Origin: Planktothrix sp. GU0601_MAG3
GTDB taxonomy: Bacteria > Cyanobacteriota > Cyanobacteriia > Cyanobacteriales > Microcoleaceae
DNA length: 64,000 bases
Direction of reading: 5' to 3'
Assembly (NCBI GenBank): GCA_035193785.1
Contig: CP136572.1
Location: forward strand, 2,740,578-2,804,577
Position 1 is the stretch's first letter. Each line of letters opens with the position of its first letter. Position numbers and translations under genes: made by a program. Shown here piece by piece: positions 24,134 to 35,574 of this stretch. The notes under the pieces are model-generated. The model was not told where the DNA came from and did no database searches. It saw only the letters and a list, made by a program, of their open reading frames with translations.

Positions 24134-24334
24134 GTCGGGCGGGACAGGCCCGAACTCTAGGCTTGTATCGTAGTAAGATGATTAGAGATAGACCCTCTGG
24201 GGTAGCTGTGACTTAGACTTTGTAATTAGTACAGTAGTACGGTTAGCAGGTTTAAGAATTGCCGCAAGGACATAGTGCTTAAAGGTCAGTCGCTCAATCA
24301 AGAATCCTCGTCTCTTTAGGGCGGGGAGTGTCAA
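24134..24334 (+). mobile_element. IS605/IS1341 tnpB 3'-end and right-end remnant directly upstream of psbB
   Basis: GTCGGGCGGGACAGGCCCGAACTC... resembles tnpB tail; ends CAAGAATCCTCGTCTCTTTAGGGCGGGGAGTGTCAA, 38 nt before the psbB ATG. Confidence 0.65.
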
Positions 24335-24372
24335 AAAAAAGTAACCATTATCAATTAGAAGGAGCGTAGTCA

Positions 24373-25903
24373 ATGGGACTACCCTGGTATCGTGTACACA
24401 CAGTTGTCCTGAATGATCCGGGACGGTTGATCTCTGTACACCTGATGCACACCGCTTTGGTGGCAGGTTGGGCTGGATCTATGGCCCTTTATGAACTCGC
24501 AATTTATGATCCTTCTGATCCCGTCCTCAACCCGATGTGGCGTCAAGGGATGTTCGTCATGCCCTTCATGGCCCGCTTAGGAGTCACTCAATCTTGGGGA
24601 GGCTGGAGCCTCACCGGAGAAGCAGTAACTAACCCGGGGATTTGGTCTTTTGAAGGAGTAGCGGCTACTCACATCATTCTGTCTGGTTTACTGTTCCTCG
24701 CTGCCGTGTGGCATTGGGTCTTTTGGGATCTGGAACTGTTTACCGACCCCCGTACAGGCGAACCCGCTTTGGATTTACCCAAAATGTTTGGGATTCACCT
24801 GTTTTTATCTGGTCTGCTTTGCTTTGGTTTCGGAGCATTTCACTTAACGGGCTTATTTGGCCCGGGAATGTGGGTATCCGATCCCTACGGCATTACAGGC
24901 AGTATTCAACCCGTTGCACCCGCTTGGGGGCCAGAAGGATTTAACCCGTTTAACGCGGGGGGAATTGTGGCTCACCATATTGCTGCTGGAGTTGTGGGGA
25001 TTGTTGCGGGTCTGTTCCATCTGTCCGTTCGTCCGCCCCAAAGGTTATACAAAGCCCTGCGGATGGGGAACATTGAAACCGTCTTATCCAGTAGTATTGC
25101 CGCCGTGTTTTTCTCGGCTTTTGTCGTGGCGGGAACCATGTGGTACGGTTTCTGCTGCTACCCCGATTGAACTGTTTGGCCCTACCCGATATCAATGGGA
25201 TAGTGGTTATTTCCAACAGGAAATTCAACGCCGGGTACAGTCTAGTGTTGCCCGTGGGGATAGCTACGCCCAGGCTTGGGAAAAAATTCCTGAAAAACTT
25301 GCCTTCTATGACTATGTGGGCAATAGCCCCGCTAAAGGCGGTTTATTCCGGGTCGGCCCGATGAATAATGGCGATGGTATTGCCAAAGCTTGGTTGGGTC
25401 ATCCCTTATTCAAAGATTCTGAAGGACGGGAATTATCCGTTCGTCGTCTTCCTAACTTCTTTGAAACCTTCCCCGTGGTTCTCACGGATAAAGAGGGTGT
25501 AATTCGGGCTGATATTCCCTTCCGTCGGGCTGAATCTCGCTACAGCTTTGAACAAGCTGGGGTAACGGTTAGTTTCTATGGTGGCGACTTAGATGGCAAA
25601 ACCTTCAAGGATGCGCCCACCGTCAAGAAATACGCTCGTTTAGCTCAACAAGGGGAACCCTTCGAGTTTGATCGGGAAACCTTGGGATCGGACGGTGTGT
25701 TTCGGACGAGTACCCGTGGCTGGTTCACCTACGCTCACGCTTGCTTTGCGTTATTGTTCTTCTTTGGCCATATTTGGCACGGTTCTCGGACGATCTTCCG
25801 CGATGTGTTCGCTGGGGTGGAAGCCGATCTCGAAGAACAAGTGGAGTGGGGTCTGTTCCAAAAACTGGGTGACAAAACCACCCGTGTTAAAAAGACCGTC
25901 TAG
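24373..25903 (+). CDS. psbB: photosystem II CP47 (apparent frameshift at 25148-25152)
   Basis: [19 protein letters not shown]...; [20 protein letters not shown] is restored by removing one T. Confidence 0.98.
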
Positions 25904-25955
25904 GATATCTCTAGTTCGGGCCTGTGGGGTATTTTTGTAAACCCTAATTTTCAAC

Positions 25956-25990
25956 AGAGTTGGAACTTTATTCGTGAAGTTTCCAACTCT
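25956..25990 (+). terminator. stem-loop after psbB
   Basis: AGAGTTGGAACTT...AAGTTTCCAACTCT followed by T-rich sequence. Confidence 0.6.
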
Positions 25991-26007
25991 TTCTTGATCA
26001 AAAAATT

Positions 26008-26074
26008 GGGTCTAAAACCCCTAACCTAAATCTTGGGGTTTAGGAATCACCGTACTTTTAGCGGTGAGTATGTC
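26008..26074 (+). mobile_element. minimal IS200/IS605 end-fusion element (left and right ends only)
   Basis: GGGTCTAAAACCCC joined to AACCTAAATCTTGGGGTTTAGGAATCACCGTACTTTTAGCGGTGAGTATGTC. Same ends and same AAAAATT 5' flank as 23628..23986. Confidence 0.6.
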
Positions 26075-26124
26075 TGTGGGGAATGGTAGACTGTGATAAA
26101 ACAATAGGTTTAGGAAAAATTGAC

Positions 26125-26220
26125 ATGGAAAGTGTTGCTTACATCTTAGTTTTGACATTGGCTTTGGGGGTTCTCTTTTTTGCAATTGCCTTCCGAGAAC
26201 CGCCTCGGATTGGTAAATAA
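26125..26220 (+). CDS. psbT: photosystem II reaction centre protein T
   Basis: Manual translation [31 protein letters not shown]; downstream of psbB; too short for ORF track. Confidence 0.96.
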   Translation: MESVAYILVLTLALGVLFFAIAFREPPRIGK

Positions 26221-26244
26221 CTAAATTAGAGCATCTTCGTCCAC

Positions 26245-26384
26245 TCCAATACTGAGTCATGGGGTTTGGGGTTGGTTTAGCGCTTTTTGCACTGAGGAAA
26301 CCCAAATACCCCTAAATTTTCCCCAGGGATTCGGGTGTTCACCGGTTTAAATAAAACCATAAATACCCATAACTCAGTATTGGA
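26245..26384. repeat. 140-bp element with long terminal inverted repeats
   Basis: TCCAATACTGAGT...ACTCAGTATTGGA: 13 bp perfect, imperfect to about 30 bp. Confidence 0.65.
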
Positions 26385-26469
26385 TTGTTAAAGAGTTAAA
26401 GGCTGTGCTTTGTAATCGCTGATCAAAAAACAACTGTTCAGTGAAACAACCGCTCAAAGGACGTTAATC

Positions 26470-27042
26470 ATGCAGTGTCCAGTTTGTCAATATACGAATA
26501 GTCGAGTGCTTGAGTCGCGGGCTGCTGAATCTGGTAAAAGCATTCGGCGACGAAGGGAATGTCTCCAGTGTCAGCATCGTTTTACCACCTATGAACGGAT
26601 TGAATTTGTTCCGATTACGGTGATGAAGCGGGACGGAAAACGGGAGTCCTTTGACCGTTCTAAGTTACTGCGAGGAATGGTTCGAGCTTGTGAAAAAACA
26701 GGACTTTCTGCTACGGATTTAGAATCAATTATTGATGAAATTGAAGCGGAACTACAACAACGTTCCCAACGGGAAATTCCGACCCAGGAAATCGGAGAAT
26801 TGGTTTTGCACCGACTTAAATCCTTGAGTGAAGTGGCTTATGTCCGATTTGCTTCGGTTTATCGGCAATTTCAAGGGATTCGAGACTTTGCAGAAGCGTT
26901 GAACCACTTTGAAACGGGCAATGATCATGCTCAAGAGTCAGAACTCGTTGCAGAAGAAGATTCTGTTTGTACCTTTGAGAATTCATCAATCGATACCTCT
27001 GGTTCTCTGTGTTCTGCATCCGTACTCGGATCTCAACATTAA
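26470..27042 (+). CDS. nrdR: transcriptional repressor NrdR
   Basis: CPVC...SRVLESR...IRRRREC..C..RFTTYE zinc ribbon + ATP cone, [10 protein letters not shown]. Confidence 0.97.
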   Translation: MQCPVCQYTNSRVLESRAAESGKSIRRRRECLQCQHRFTTYERIEFVPITVMKRDGKRESFDRSKLLRGMVRACEKTGLSATDLESIIDEIEAELQQRSQREIPTQEIGELVLHRLKSLSEVAYVRFASVYRQFQGIRDFAEALNHFETGNDHAQESELVAEEDSVCTFENSSIDTSGSLCSASVLGSQH

Positions 27043-27793
27043 GAGCAATCACCCGTCGTTAATTTGCTAACAGTCTCTAGTTTATGCTATAATCCAGGGA
27101 CAGTATTATATATATTGCCTACATATCAAAACAAAAAAATAAAAGTTAGCAAAAAAGTATCAGCATTCGTCTAATATCCAGTTAATGACCTAGAGATCAG
27201 CACTAATTTTGTTTCGGTCGGAGCTTGCCTGACACCCGTTACAGTTGATCGACTTAACGGCAGGTAAGTTGCGACCGAAAAAATGATCCAAAGTCAAAAA
27301 AAAATGTTAGGATAAGAAAGCAGATCTACCAAATTGTGTGGAGATCCGCAAGATTAGTGATTCTCGGTCTTCAGAAAATGTCTAGCCAAAATATAAATAC
27401 CTGATCCCAGGGGCGACATGATTGATGAACGGAAAGTCAAAATATAGTTAGAGTTTTTTGGTCTACTGTCAGACAGTCAGTAGAATCTAAACAAATGCTT
27501 GTGTAAAAGAGTCTGGACGCGGTTTTTAGGACAGAGATGGTCTAAAACTCAACAGACCCCTTAAAACAAGACTCTCCTGTTGCATCAATTGCGATGTAAT
27601 GGTGAGAATGTAAAATCGACTGGACGTGGTAATGCTCGTTTTTCTGTCTTGGACAGGTATCCCTGGCACGAACGATGTCGAGTCAGTAGTTTTGGTCGGA
27701 GCTCGAAAACTGACCCTATCGGTCATAATCAAAAACAAGAGCGCTTACTGCAAAACAACCATTTAATAGGAGCAACCTTAGGATAAAACTCGC

Positions 27794-28841
27794 ATGATCA
27801 ATCAGAAAACAAAACCAAAAGATGTGGGCTTCACCCACGAAGATTTTGCCGCCTTACTCGATAAATACGACTATCACTTTAGTCCCGGTGACGTAGTGGC
27901 GGGGACGGTTTTTAGTCTGGAGCCAAGGGGTGCTCTGATTGACATTGGTGCTAAGACCGCAGCATACATTCCACTACAAGAAATGTCAATTAATCGGGTG
28001 GAAAGTCCTGATGAAGTATTACAGTCTAATGAGACCCGCGAGTTTTTTATCCTCACCGATGAAAACGAAGATGGGCAGTTAACTCTTTCCATTCGTCGCA
28101 TTGAGTATATGCGGGCTTGGGAGCGTGTCCGCCAACTGCAAGCGGAAGATGCTACCGTCCGTTCTCAAGTCTTTGCCACAAATCGGGGCGGTGCTTTGGT
28201 TCGGATTGAAGGATTGCGAGGATTTATTCCTGGCTCCCATATTAGTACACGCAAACCCAAAGAAGAACTCGTTGCTGAAGAATTACCCCTAAAATTCCTA
28301 GAGGTGGATGAGGATCGCAATCGCCTCGTCTTAAGCCATCGTCGGGCCTTAGTTGAGCGGAAGATGAACCGCTTGGAAGTGGGTGAAGTGGTCACAGGAA
28401 ACCGTTAGAGGGATTAAACCTTACGGGGCGTTTATTGATATTGGTGGCGTGAGTGGTCTGCTCCACATCTCTGAGATTTCTCACGATCACATTGACACAC
28501 CCCATAGTGTTTTCAATGTCAATGATGAAGTCAAAGTCATGATTATTGACCTAGATGCCGACCGAGGTCGGATTTCCCTTTCTACAAAACAACTGGAACC
28601 CGAACCAGGAGCTATGGTGAAAAACCCTCAGCTAGTTTATGAGAAAGCTGAGGAAATGGCGGCCAAATTCCGGGAGAAACTTTTGGCTGCGAGCCAGGGA
28701 GCCGCAACGGAAGAATTGCCAACGGAACTGGATGAAGCTGATATTCCATCGGCTATTGAGGAAGATATCCCCCCTGCTATTGAAGAAGATATTCCCTCTG
28801 CTATTGAAGAAGATGTTGAACCTGTAGCTGAAGGGATATAG
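27794..28841 (+). CDS. rpsA: 30S ribosomal protein S1 (apparent frameshift at 28398-28402)
   Basis: GFTHEDFAALLDKYDY, S1 domains, GTVRGIKPYGAF after repair; acidic tail with three DIPxAIEE repeats. Confidence 0.95.
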
Positions 28842-28859
28842 GTTTCAACAAATCGAGAT

Positions 28860-28888
28860 AAAAAGGGGGATTATCCCTCTTTTTTTTA
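28860..28888 (+). terminator. rho-independent terminator of rps1
   Basis: AAAAAGGGGGA-TTA-TCCCTCTTTTTTTT hairpin with U tract. Confidence 0.75.
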
Positions 28889-28911
28889 TTTTGCCTTGGT
28901 TGTGCGATATT

Positions 28912-28968
28912 GCGAATTACGAATTACGAATTACGAATTACGAATTACGAATTACGAATTACGAATTA
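28912..28968. repeat. STRR heptamer array (CGAATTA)n
   Basis: About 8 tandem copies visible. Confidence 0.9.
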
Positions 28969-29033
28969 ACAATCAAGAATTAATAATTAACAATATTCTC
29001 TTGTAATTCTTAATCCGATTAAATTAGGAGTTT

Positions 29034-29810
29034 TTGAGGTTGGTCACCCTGCAAGTTCAGAATGTTACTTTTAAGAATATCGAAGCGGTTATTTTCGATA
29101 AAGATGGAACCTTAGAGGATTCTGCGGATTTCTTGAGAAATTTGGCTCAAAAGCGATCGCGTTTAATTGATGCCCAAATTCCAGGAGTCGGAGAACCCTT
29201 ATTAATGGCTTTTGGTGTTCAAGGAGATACCCTTGATCCCACAGGATTAATGGCCGTGGGTAGCCGACGGGAAAATGAAATTGCGGCAGCAGCCTATATT
29301 GCGGAAACGGGACGAGGATGGTCAGAGTCTGTCAATATTGCCCGCGATGCGTTTACGGATGCGGATAAATATTTGAAATCTAGCGCCCGCTCTCCATTAT
29401 TTGTCGGGGGTTTGGAAACCCTTAAATCCCTATCCGATGCAGGGTTAAAATTAGGAATTGTGTCGGCGGCTCCGACCTTGGACGTTCAAAATTTTGTCAC
29501 TCACCATCAGTTAGAACCCTATATTAACTTTCATCAGGGGGTAGATGGCGGCCCGACAAAACCCGATCCGATTTTATTCCTGAATGCTTGTGAAGCCCTG
29601 GGAGTGCATCCTTCTGTGACCTTAATGGTGGGGGATGCTCAGGGAGATATTGATATGGCTTTGGGAGCCGGGGCTGCGGGCTGTGTGGGTGTTTGTTGGA
29701 ACCGATCCAACCATCAACACCTAAATCGGGCGACGGTGGTGATCTCCGATTGGGATCAATTGAAAATTAAGAGCTTGACACTCCCACGAGTATCTTTCGG
29801 GGATTCTTAA
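29034..29810 (+). CDS. HAD-family hydrolase (phosphoglycolate phosphatase-like)
   Basis: FDKDGTL motif I, KPDP, MVGDAQGD. Confidence 0.88.
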   Translation: MRLVTLQVQNVTFKNIEAVIFDKDGTLEDSADFLRNLAQKRSRLIDAQIPGVGEPLLMAFGVQGDTLDPTGLMAVGSRRENEIAAAAYIAETGRGWSESVNIARDAFTDADKYLKSSARSPLFVGGLETLKSLSDAGLKLGIVSAAPTLDVQNFVTHHQLEPYINFHQGVDGGPTKPDPILFLNACEALGVHPSVTLMVGDAQGDIDMALGAGAAGCVGVCWNRSNHQHLNRATVVISDWDQLKIKSLTLPRVSFGDS

Positions 29811-29880
29811 AACAAATTTGACTTTTAACGGCGATATCAAAACGCCTCTGCCCACTAGATTAGGATATGACCCTAATTTT
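29775..29880 (-). mobile_element. IS200/IS605 right-end remnant overlapping the HAD gene 3' end
   Basis: Minus strand ...TTAAGAATCCCCGAAAGATACTCGTGGGAGTGTCAA; upstream boundary approximate. Confidence 0.5.
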
Positions 29881-30067
29881 GCTAATACTGTTCGCAAAGA
29901 TCGTAATGTTGTCTGAAAATTTATGTAAAGATTTTTGTACTTTCTTTAAGATTTGTGTGCTATAGTCAAGACATGAGCAATTTTAAAATCATGTTCTGTT
30001 AAAGTTCATCCCCTGTTTTGAAACTCAAGATTGGTTTTTGTACAAATTTTAGTCTGGAATTTACATT

Positions 30068-31029
30068 ATGTCATTTACAGTCGATTCAGCCCGTGGGATT
30101 TTTCCAAATACTTTAACTGCTGACGTAGTACCAGCCACAATCGCCCGCTTCAATCAACTTAATGCTGAAGATCAACTGGCATTAATCTGGTTTGCTTACC
30201 TTGAAATGGGTAAAACGATTACCGTTGCTGCTTTAGGCGCGGCTAATATGCAGTTTGCTGAAATAACGATGAATCAAATTCGGCAAATGTCTTTCCAAGA
30301 ACAAACACAGGTCATGTGTGATTTGGCAAACCGAAACCGATACACCAATTTCACGAGCTTACGGTAGTTGGACTGCCAACATTAAGCTAGGTTTTTGGTA
30401 TCAGCTTGGAGAATGGATGGCTCAAGGAATTGTCGCTCCCATTCCATCAGGATATAAGCTATCAGCTAATGCAGCTTCTGTACTGCAAGCAATTCAAGGA
30501 CTAGAATCAGGTCAACAAATCACTGTTTTACGCAATTGCGTTGTTGACATGGGATTTGATACAAGTAAGTTTGATAGTTTTCAGAGAGTTTCTGAACCTG
30601 TGGTTGTTCCTAAAGATATGGCACAACGGACTCAAGTTACTATCGAAGGTGTTGATAATCCCACGGTTCTCAACTACATGAATAACATGAACGCCAATGA
30701 CTTTGATGTGCTGATTGAGTTATTCACCCCTGATGGAGCGCTTCAACCTCCTTTTCAGAAACCCATTGTGGGGAAAGATGCTGTTCTTCGATTTTTCCGA
30801 GAAGAGTGTCAGAATCTCAAGTTGATTCCAGAGCGAGGCGTAACAGAAACCCGCAGAGGGTGGTTATACCCAAATCAAAGTAACGGGTAAAGTGCAAACT
30901 CCTTGGTTTGGCGCCGGTGTGGGCATGAATATGGCTTGGAGATTTTTGCTAAGTCCTGAAAATAAAATTTTCTTTGTGGCAATTGACTTGTTAGCATCAC
31001 CTAAAGAGTTGTTAAATCTAGTTCGTTAA
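30068..31029 (+). CDS. ocp: orange carotenoid protein (two apparent frameshifts, 30333-30337 and 30846-30850)
   Basis: MSFTVDSARGIFP...KLGFWYQL...LQPPFQKPIVG...VTGKVQTPWFG...DLLASPKELLNLVR*; span is 960+2 nt. Confidence 0.96.
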
Positions 31030-31264
31030 TTAATAAACGAATCTAATTTAATATAGCAACGGGTTTCAACCCGTTGCCACCCAGACAAAACCCTAATTGT
31101 GTGGGTTTTTTAGAGTCTATTTTTTAATAAATAGTATATTTTAACTGGTGGTTTAAAGGGGAAAATAATAAATAGTTTTTATTTTGCCTGTTGGTGCGAT
31201 TTAACAAACATAAGCCTAATTATGGTTGTGTAAGTTCTGATTAATAAACCTTTTAACTTTAGTA

Positions 31265-31594
31265 ATGATGCAAGTAAATGAGATTGAATGGTCTGAGGCA
31301 GAAAAAGAAGTAGCTAAAGCTGCCTTTGACACGGCTTATAAACGAGAAATAAAGGCTTTGATGGACGAAGTTCGTAAACAATCAAGTACGATTGTAGAAA
31401 TTGATGATATCTGGCGTTTGCACGACTTTTTAAGTTCTAGAAGACACAATATAGATGGCAAATATGATTATGAATATTCAGGACTAATTTTTACTTTTGC
31501 CAGTTTGGTTAAAGAAGGTTGGCTACATCTTAATGAACTAGATGGACTCAACACAAATAAGCTGACTAAGATAGCGGCTATTGCCCGTATTTGA
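31265..31594 (+). CDS. frp: fluorescence recovery protein
   Basis: WSEAEK.VAK.AF..AY.RE, WRLHDFLS.RRH.IDGKYD; directly downstream of ocp. Confidence 0.93.
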   Translation: MMQVNEIEWSEAEKEVAKAAFDTAYKREIKALMDEVRKQSSTIVEIDDIWRLHDFLSSRRHNIDGKYDYEYSGLIFTFASLVKEGWLHLNELDGLNTNKLTKIAAIARI

Positions 31595-31647
31595 TACTCT
31601 GGGCGAATATCGCGACGGGGATTATTAAAACAATTTGAGTTTTAACA

Positions 31648-31706
31648 TTGACAATCTGGCTACCAAAGCCGCCGTCTGCTCGGCTAAAGGGCGGGGCTTT
31701 AAACCG
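31648..31706 (-). mobile_element. small IS200/IS605-type palindromic end remnant
   Basis: Minus strand GGTTTAAAGCCCCGCCCTTTAG...GATTGTCAA. Confidence 0.45.
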
Positions 31707-31895
31707 ATAATTTTCGGTAAATTGGGAATAACCCCTGTATAATTGCTGATCGTCGCAACTTTCCATAATATTATCCGTCCCATCATAAAAGCAAACTTGC
31801 GAATTTGATGAGAATTAAGAGATGATGCTGTAGTAGTGTAATTTCAATGCCGTTCTACTGGACAAATCTCAGTCGAATATAAGGAGGAATGATCA

Positions 31896-33156
31896 TTGTC
31901 TCGCCGTTACCTGTTTACGTCTGAATCCGTTACTGAAGGCCATCCTGACAAAATCTGCGATCAAATTTCCGATACGATTTTAGATGCCTTATTAACTCAA
32001 GATCCCAAAAGCCGTGTAGCAGCAGAAGTGGTTGTCAACACGGGTTTAGTGTTGATTACGGGTGAAATTACCACCAACGCGCAAATTAACTATATTGATT
32101 TAGCCCGGAAAAAAATTGCGGAAATCGGTTATGTTGATGCGGATAATGGCTTTTCTGCCAGTAGCTGCTCCGTTCTGATTGCCCTAGATAAACAGTCTCC
32201 CGATATTGCCCAAGGGGTAAACCAAGCCCACGAAGCTAGAGAATTGTTAAGCGACCTAGAACTTGATGCCATTGGTGCGGGGGATCAGGGGATTATGTTC
32301 GGTTTTGCTTGCAATGAAACCCCAGAAACTGATGCCCATGCCGATCAGTTTGGCCCATCGGATTTCTCGGCAATTGGCAGCGGTGCGGAAAAATGGCAAA
32401 CTTCCCTATTTACGTCCCGATGGTAAAACCCAAGTTACCGTTATCTATGAAGATGATCGTCCCGTTGGTATTGATACCATTTTAATCTCCACCCAACATA
32501 CCGAGACGATTGGGGAAATTTCCGAGACGACGGCGGTACAAGAAAAAATCAAAGCCGATCTGTGGTTAGCCGTTGTCCAACCTATATTTGAGGATCTTGC
32601 CGTCAAACCCGATGACCAAACTCGCTTTTTAGTGAATCCAACGGGTAAATTTGTGATTGGTGGCCCTCAAGGGGACTCTGGGTTAACGGGTCGTAAAATT
32701 ATTGTCGATACCTATGGTGGCTATTCCCGTCATGGTGGTGGTGCGTTTTCCGGGAAAGATCCCACGAAAGTAGACCGGAGCGCTGCCTATGCTTGCCGTT
32801 ATGTGGCGAAAAATATTGTGGCCGCGGGGTTAGCGGATAAGTGTGAAGTTCAGTTGAGCTATGCAATTGGGGTGGCCAGACCCGTGAGCATTTTGATTGA
32901 AACCTTTGGAACTTCTAAGGTGGATGAAGATAAACTGCTCGAAGCTGTACAAGCAAATTTTGAACTGCGTCCGGCGGGAATGATTCAGGCGTTTAATTTA
33001 CAAAAATTACCCGGTCTGCGGGAAGGTCGTTTCTTTCAAGATTTGGCTGCTTATGGTCATTTAGGTCGAATAGACTTAGATTTACCTTGGGAAAAAACCG
33101 ATAAGGTGGAATTACTCAAAGCAGCCTTACTGCAACCAGTTGCAGCCATTGGATAG
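31896..33156 (+). CDS. metK: S-adenosylmethionine synthetase (apparent frameshift at 32325-32329)
   Basis: [28 protein letters not shown] motifs. Confidence 0.97.
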
Positions 33157-33638
33157 CAGTTACCATTTTTTGTGGATGAGGTTAATGATGGTGACAGCTA
33201 GGGGTCAGTTTGCCGAAAAAATGGCGACCGTCGGGTTCGGGGAAACCGCTACTGATTTTTAAACCCATTAAAGTATTTAATATTGCTGTCTTGTTACCCT
33301 TCAGTACAATCTGGAGGGTTTTTCACATTTTTATGGGATTTATAGCGGTCGCCATCAGACTTAGGACATGGATTGGTGCTTTCTCGCCGAATGACAGCCT
33401 CTCAATTGTCCCAACTACCTTGACGGTTGCTATATTTAATGACTGGGAACAGTAGTAACAATAACAAACCCATGTCACAATTGTAGTTAGGGGGTGAAAC
33501 CCTAAACTGAAAATGGGTTCTGTCAAACCCAGATAACGTTATCTGACTTGAAAATCTAAGGATTAAGGTTTAACAAGATGAACCAAGAAAATGTTCTTTA
33601 GTCAAACGTAACATGGGAGGGAACGGGAGTATAGGCTA

Positions 33639-35435
33639 ATGCCATCTGAAGACTTAAAATCTAACGCAACGAACCAAGATACTAAAATTTTTGCAGCCAA
33701 TTCTTTCAAGGGTTATATCGGACAACAGAATCCTTTTCGATGGAATAAGCATTCAGAGTATCGTTGGTTTATTTATCAAAAAATTGGGTATGGCTATTTT
33801 TTAGCCATTGCTATTGGTTTTATCGGTTCAATTACGGGACTACTACTGGCGGATATTTACCAAAAACAAGCCTATCACCAATTATCTGATGCTCACCGAC
33901 AAGCACAACTGTTTAATCACTTTAATACAGCAGTTCTCAATATACAATTGCAAAGTTATCACTTAATATCTTCCGCAGATCAGCCTAAAGTTTGGAATCA
34001 GGAGCAAAAAAATATCCGTCAGAGCTTAACTGAAATTGAACAGATTGTAGCTCAAATTGAAGATTTTATTGATCAAAATCCCAGTTGGTTAGTGGCGGAA
34101 TCAACCGTCGTAAAATCATTTTTTACAACCTATAAAGATAGTTTAAAAACCTATGTTAAAACCGTAAATACCCTAAAACAAATTTCACCTAATTTATCAT
34201 CATCAAGTTCAAAAAATCAAGGGGTTTATGAAGCATTAAAATTATTATCTGATCAGCAATCTATTCAAACTTTGGAAAAGCTAAATAATCGGTTAAAAGA
34301 TTGGTTAAAAGAATCTCAAAAACAAGAAAAAATGGGTGAAATTTCGATGAAAAATGCTCGAAATTTACAAAATATAATTATTGTAATTAGTGCATTTTTA
34401 TCAGTTTTGATTTCTGTCATCACAGCCATAAAAACAACCAATTCCATCACTCAGCCTTTGAGTTTGACACAGCAAGTGGCGGAAGAAGTTGCACAGGAGT
34501 CTAACTATAATCTTCGAGTTCCTTCCCAAACTAATATTCATGAAATCTATTCCTTAGCTAACTCAGTTAACTACTTAATTGAACAAGTTGATCAACGCAC
34601 TCAGCAGTTAGAACAATCCAAGAATTCAGCCGAATCTGCTAACCTAGCAAAAAGCCAATTCTTAGCCAATATGAGTCATGAGTTAAGAACACCTTTAAAC
34701 GCTATTTTAGGATATAGTGAAATGCTGGCTGAAGACGCAAAAGATTTAGGTCAGGATGAATTTGTGACTGATTTAGAGATGATCAATACGGCTGGAAAAC
34801 ATTTGTTATCTTTAATTAATGATATTTTGGATTTATCAAAAATTGAAGCCGGACGTATGGAACTATATTTAGAAACCTTTGATCTAAAAGATTTAATTGA
34901 AAGTGTTGTTTCTACAGTTAAACCCTTAGTTAATCAGAATGATAATGTTTTAATCCTGAATTACGATCCCGGTTTAAATATTATTTACTCTGACTCAACA
35001 AAGGTGAGACAAGTTTTATTTAATTTACTTAGTAATGCAGCAAAATTCACCCAGCAAGGTCAAATTACATTAACTATAACCCGTGAGGTAATTGATTCTC
35101 CTTTAGATTCTTCAAATCCCGGAGATTTAACCTCCAATCCTTTACAACATTATCAGATTAATTTTTGTATTCAAGATACGGGGATTGGGATTCCTGAAGA
35201 ACAACAAAAATATGTTTTTGAGGCTTTTATTCAAGCGGATAATTCAACAGCCCGCAGATACGGAGGGACGGGATTAGGTTTAGCCATTAGTCGTCATTTT
35301 TGCAAAATGATGGGAGGGGATTTAAAATTACTGAAAAGTCAGGTTGGATATGGGTCAACCTTTAATGCTTCTTTGCGATCTTCACTGACCGTTGACCTAG
35401 GATCATCACCGGAAATATCCTCTGAGAAAATATAG
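33639..35435 (+). CDS. membrane sensor histidine kinase (2 TM, HAMP, HisKA, HATPase)
   Basis: FLANMSHELRTPL H-box, NLLSNAAKFT, DTGIG, GGTGLGL. Confidence 0.92.
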   Translation: MPSEDLKSNATNQDTKIFAANSFKGYIGQQNPFRWNKHSEYRWFIYQKIGYGYFLAIAIGFIGSITGLLLADIYQKQAYHQLSDAHRQAQLFNHFNTAVLNIQLQSYHLISSADQPKVWNQEQKNIRQSLTEIEQIVAQIEDFIDQNPSWLVAESTVVKSFFTTYKDSLKTYVKTVNTLKQISPNLSSSSSKNQGVYEALKLLSDQQSIQTLEKLNNRLKDWLKESQKQEKMGEISMKNARNLQNIIIVISAFLSVLISVITAIKTTNSITQPLSLTQQVAEEVAQESNYNLRVPSQTNIHEIYSLANSVNYLIEQVDQRTQQLEQSKNSAESANLAKSQFLANMSHELRTPLNAILGYSEMLAEDAKDLGQDEFVTDLEMINTAGKHLLSLINDILDLSKIEAGRMELYLETFDLKDLIESVVSTVKPLVNQNDNVLILNYDPGLNIIYSDSTKVRQVLFNLLSNAAKFTQQGQITLTITREVIDSPLDSSNPGDLTSNPLQHYQINFCIQDTGIGIPEEQQKYVFEAFIQADNSTARRYGGTGLGLAISRHFCKMMGGDLKLLKSQVGYGSTFNASLRSSLTVDLGSSPEISSEKI

Positions 35436-35574
35436 AAAAATCAAGACACCTGATTTTATCAATCCGCATCCGTCATGTTAATATTAGTCTAATTTATATT
35501 GGTTCCCATTTTTGAGGAAGCAGTTTAAAACTTTAAGTTGAGTTTCTGCTATCAATTTTTGCATGAGGTTTGAG

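Noticed and set aside
33157..33638. Small ORFs or a riboswitch downstream of metK
   Set aside because: No recognisable protein motif, and no SAM or c-di-GMP riboswitch core could be matched by eye.
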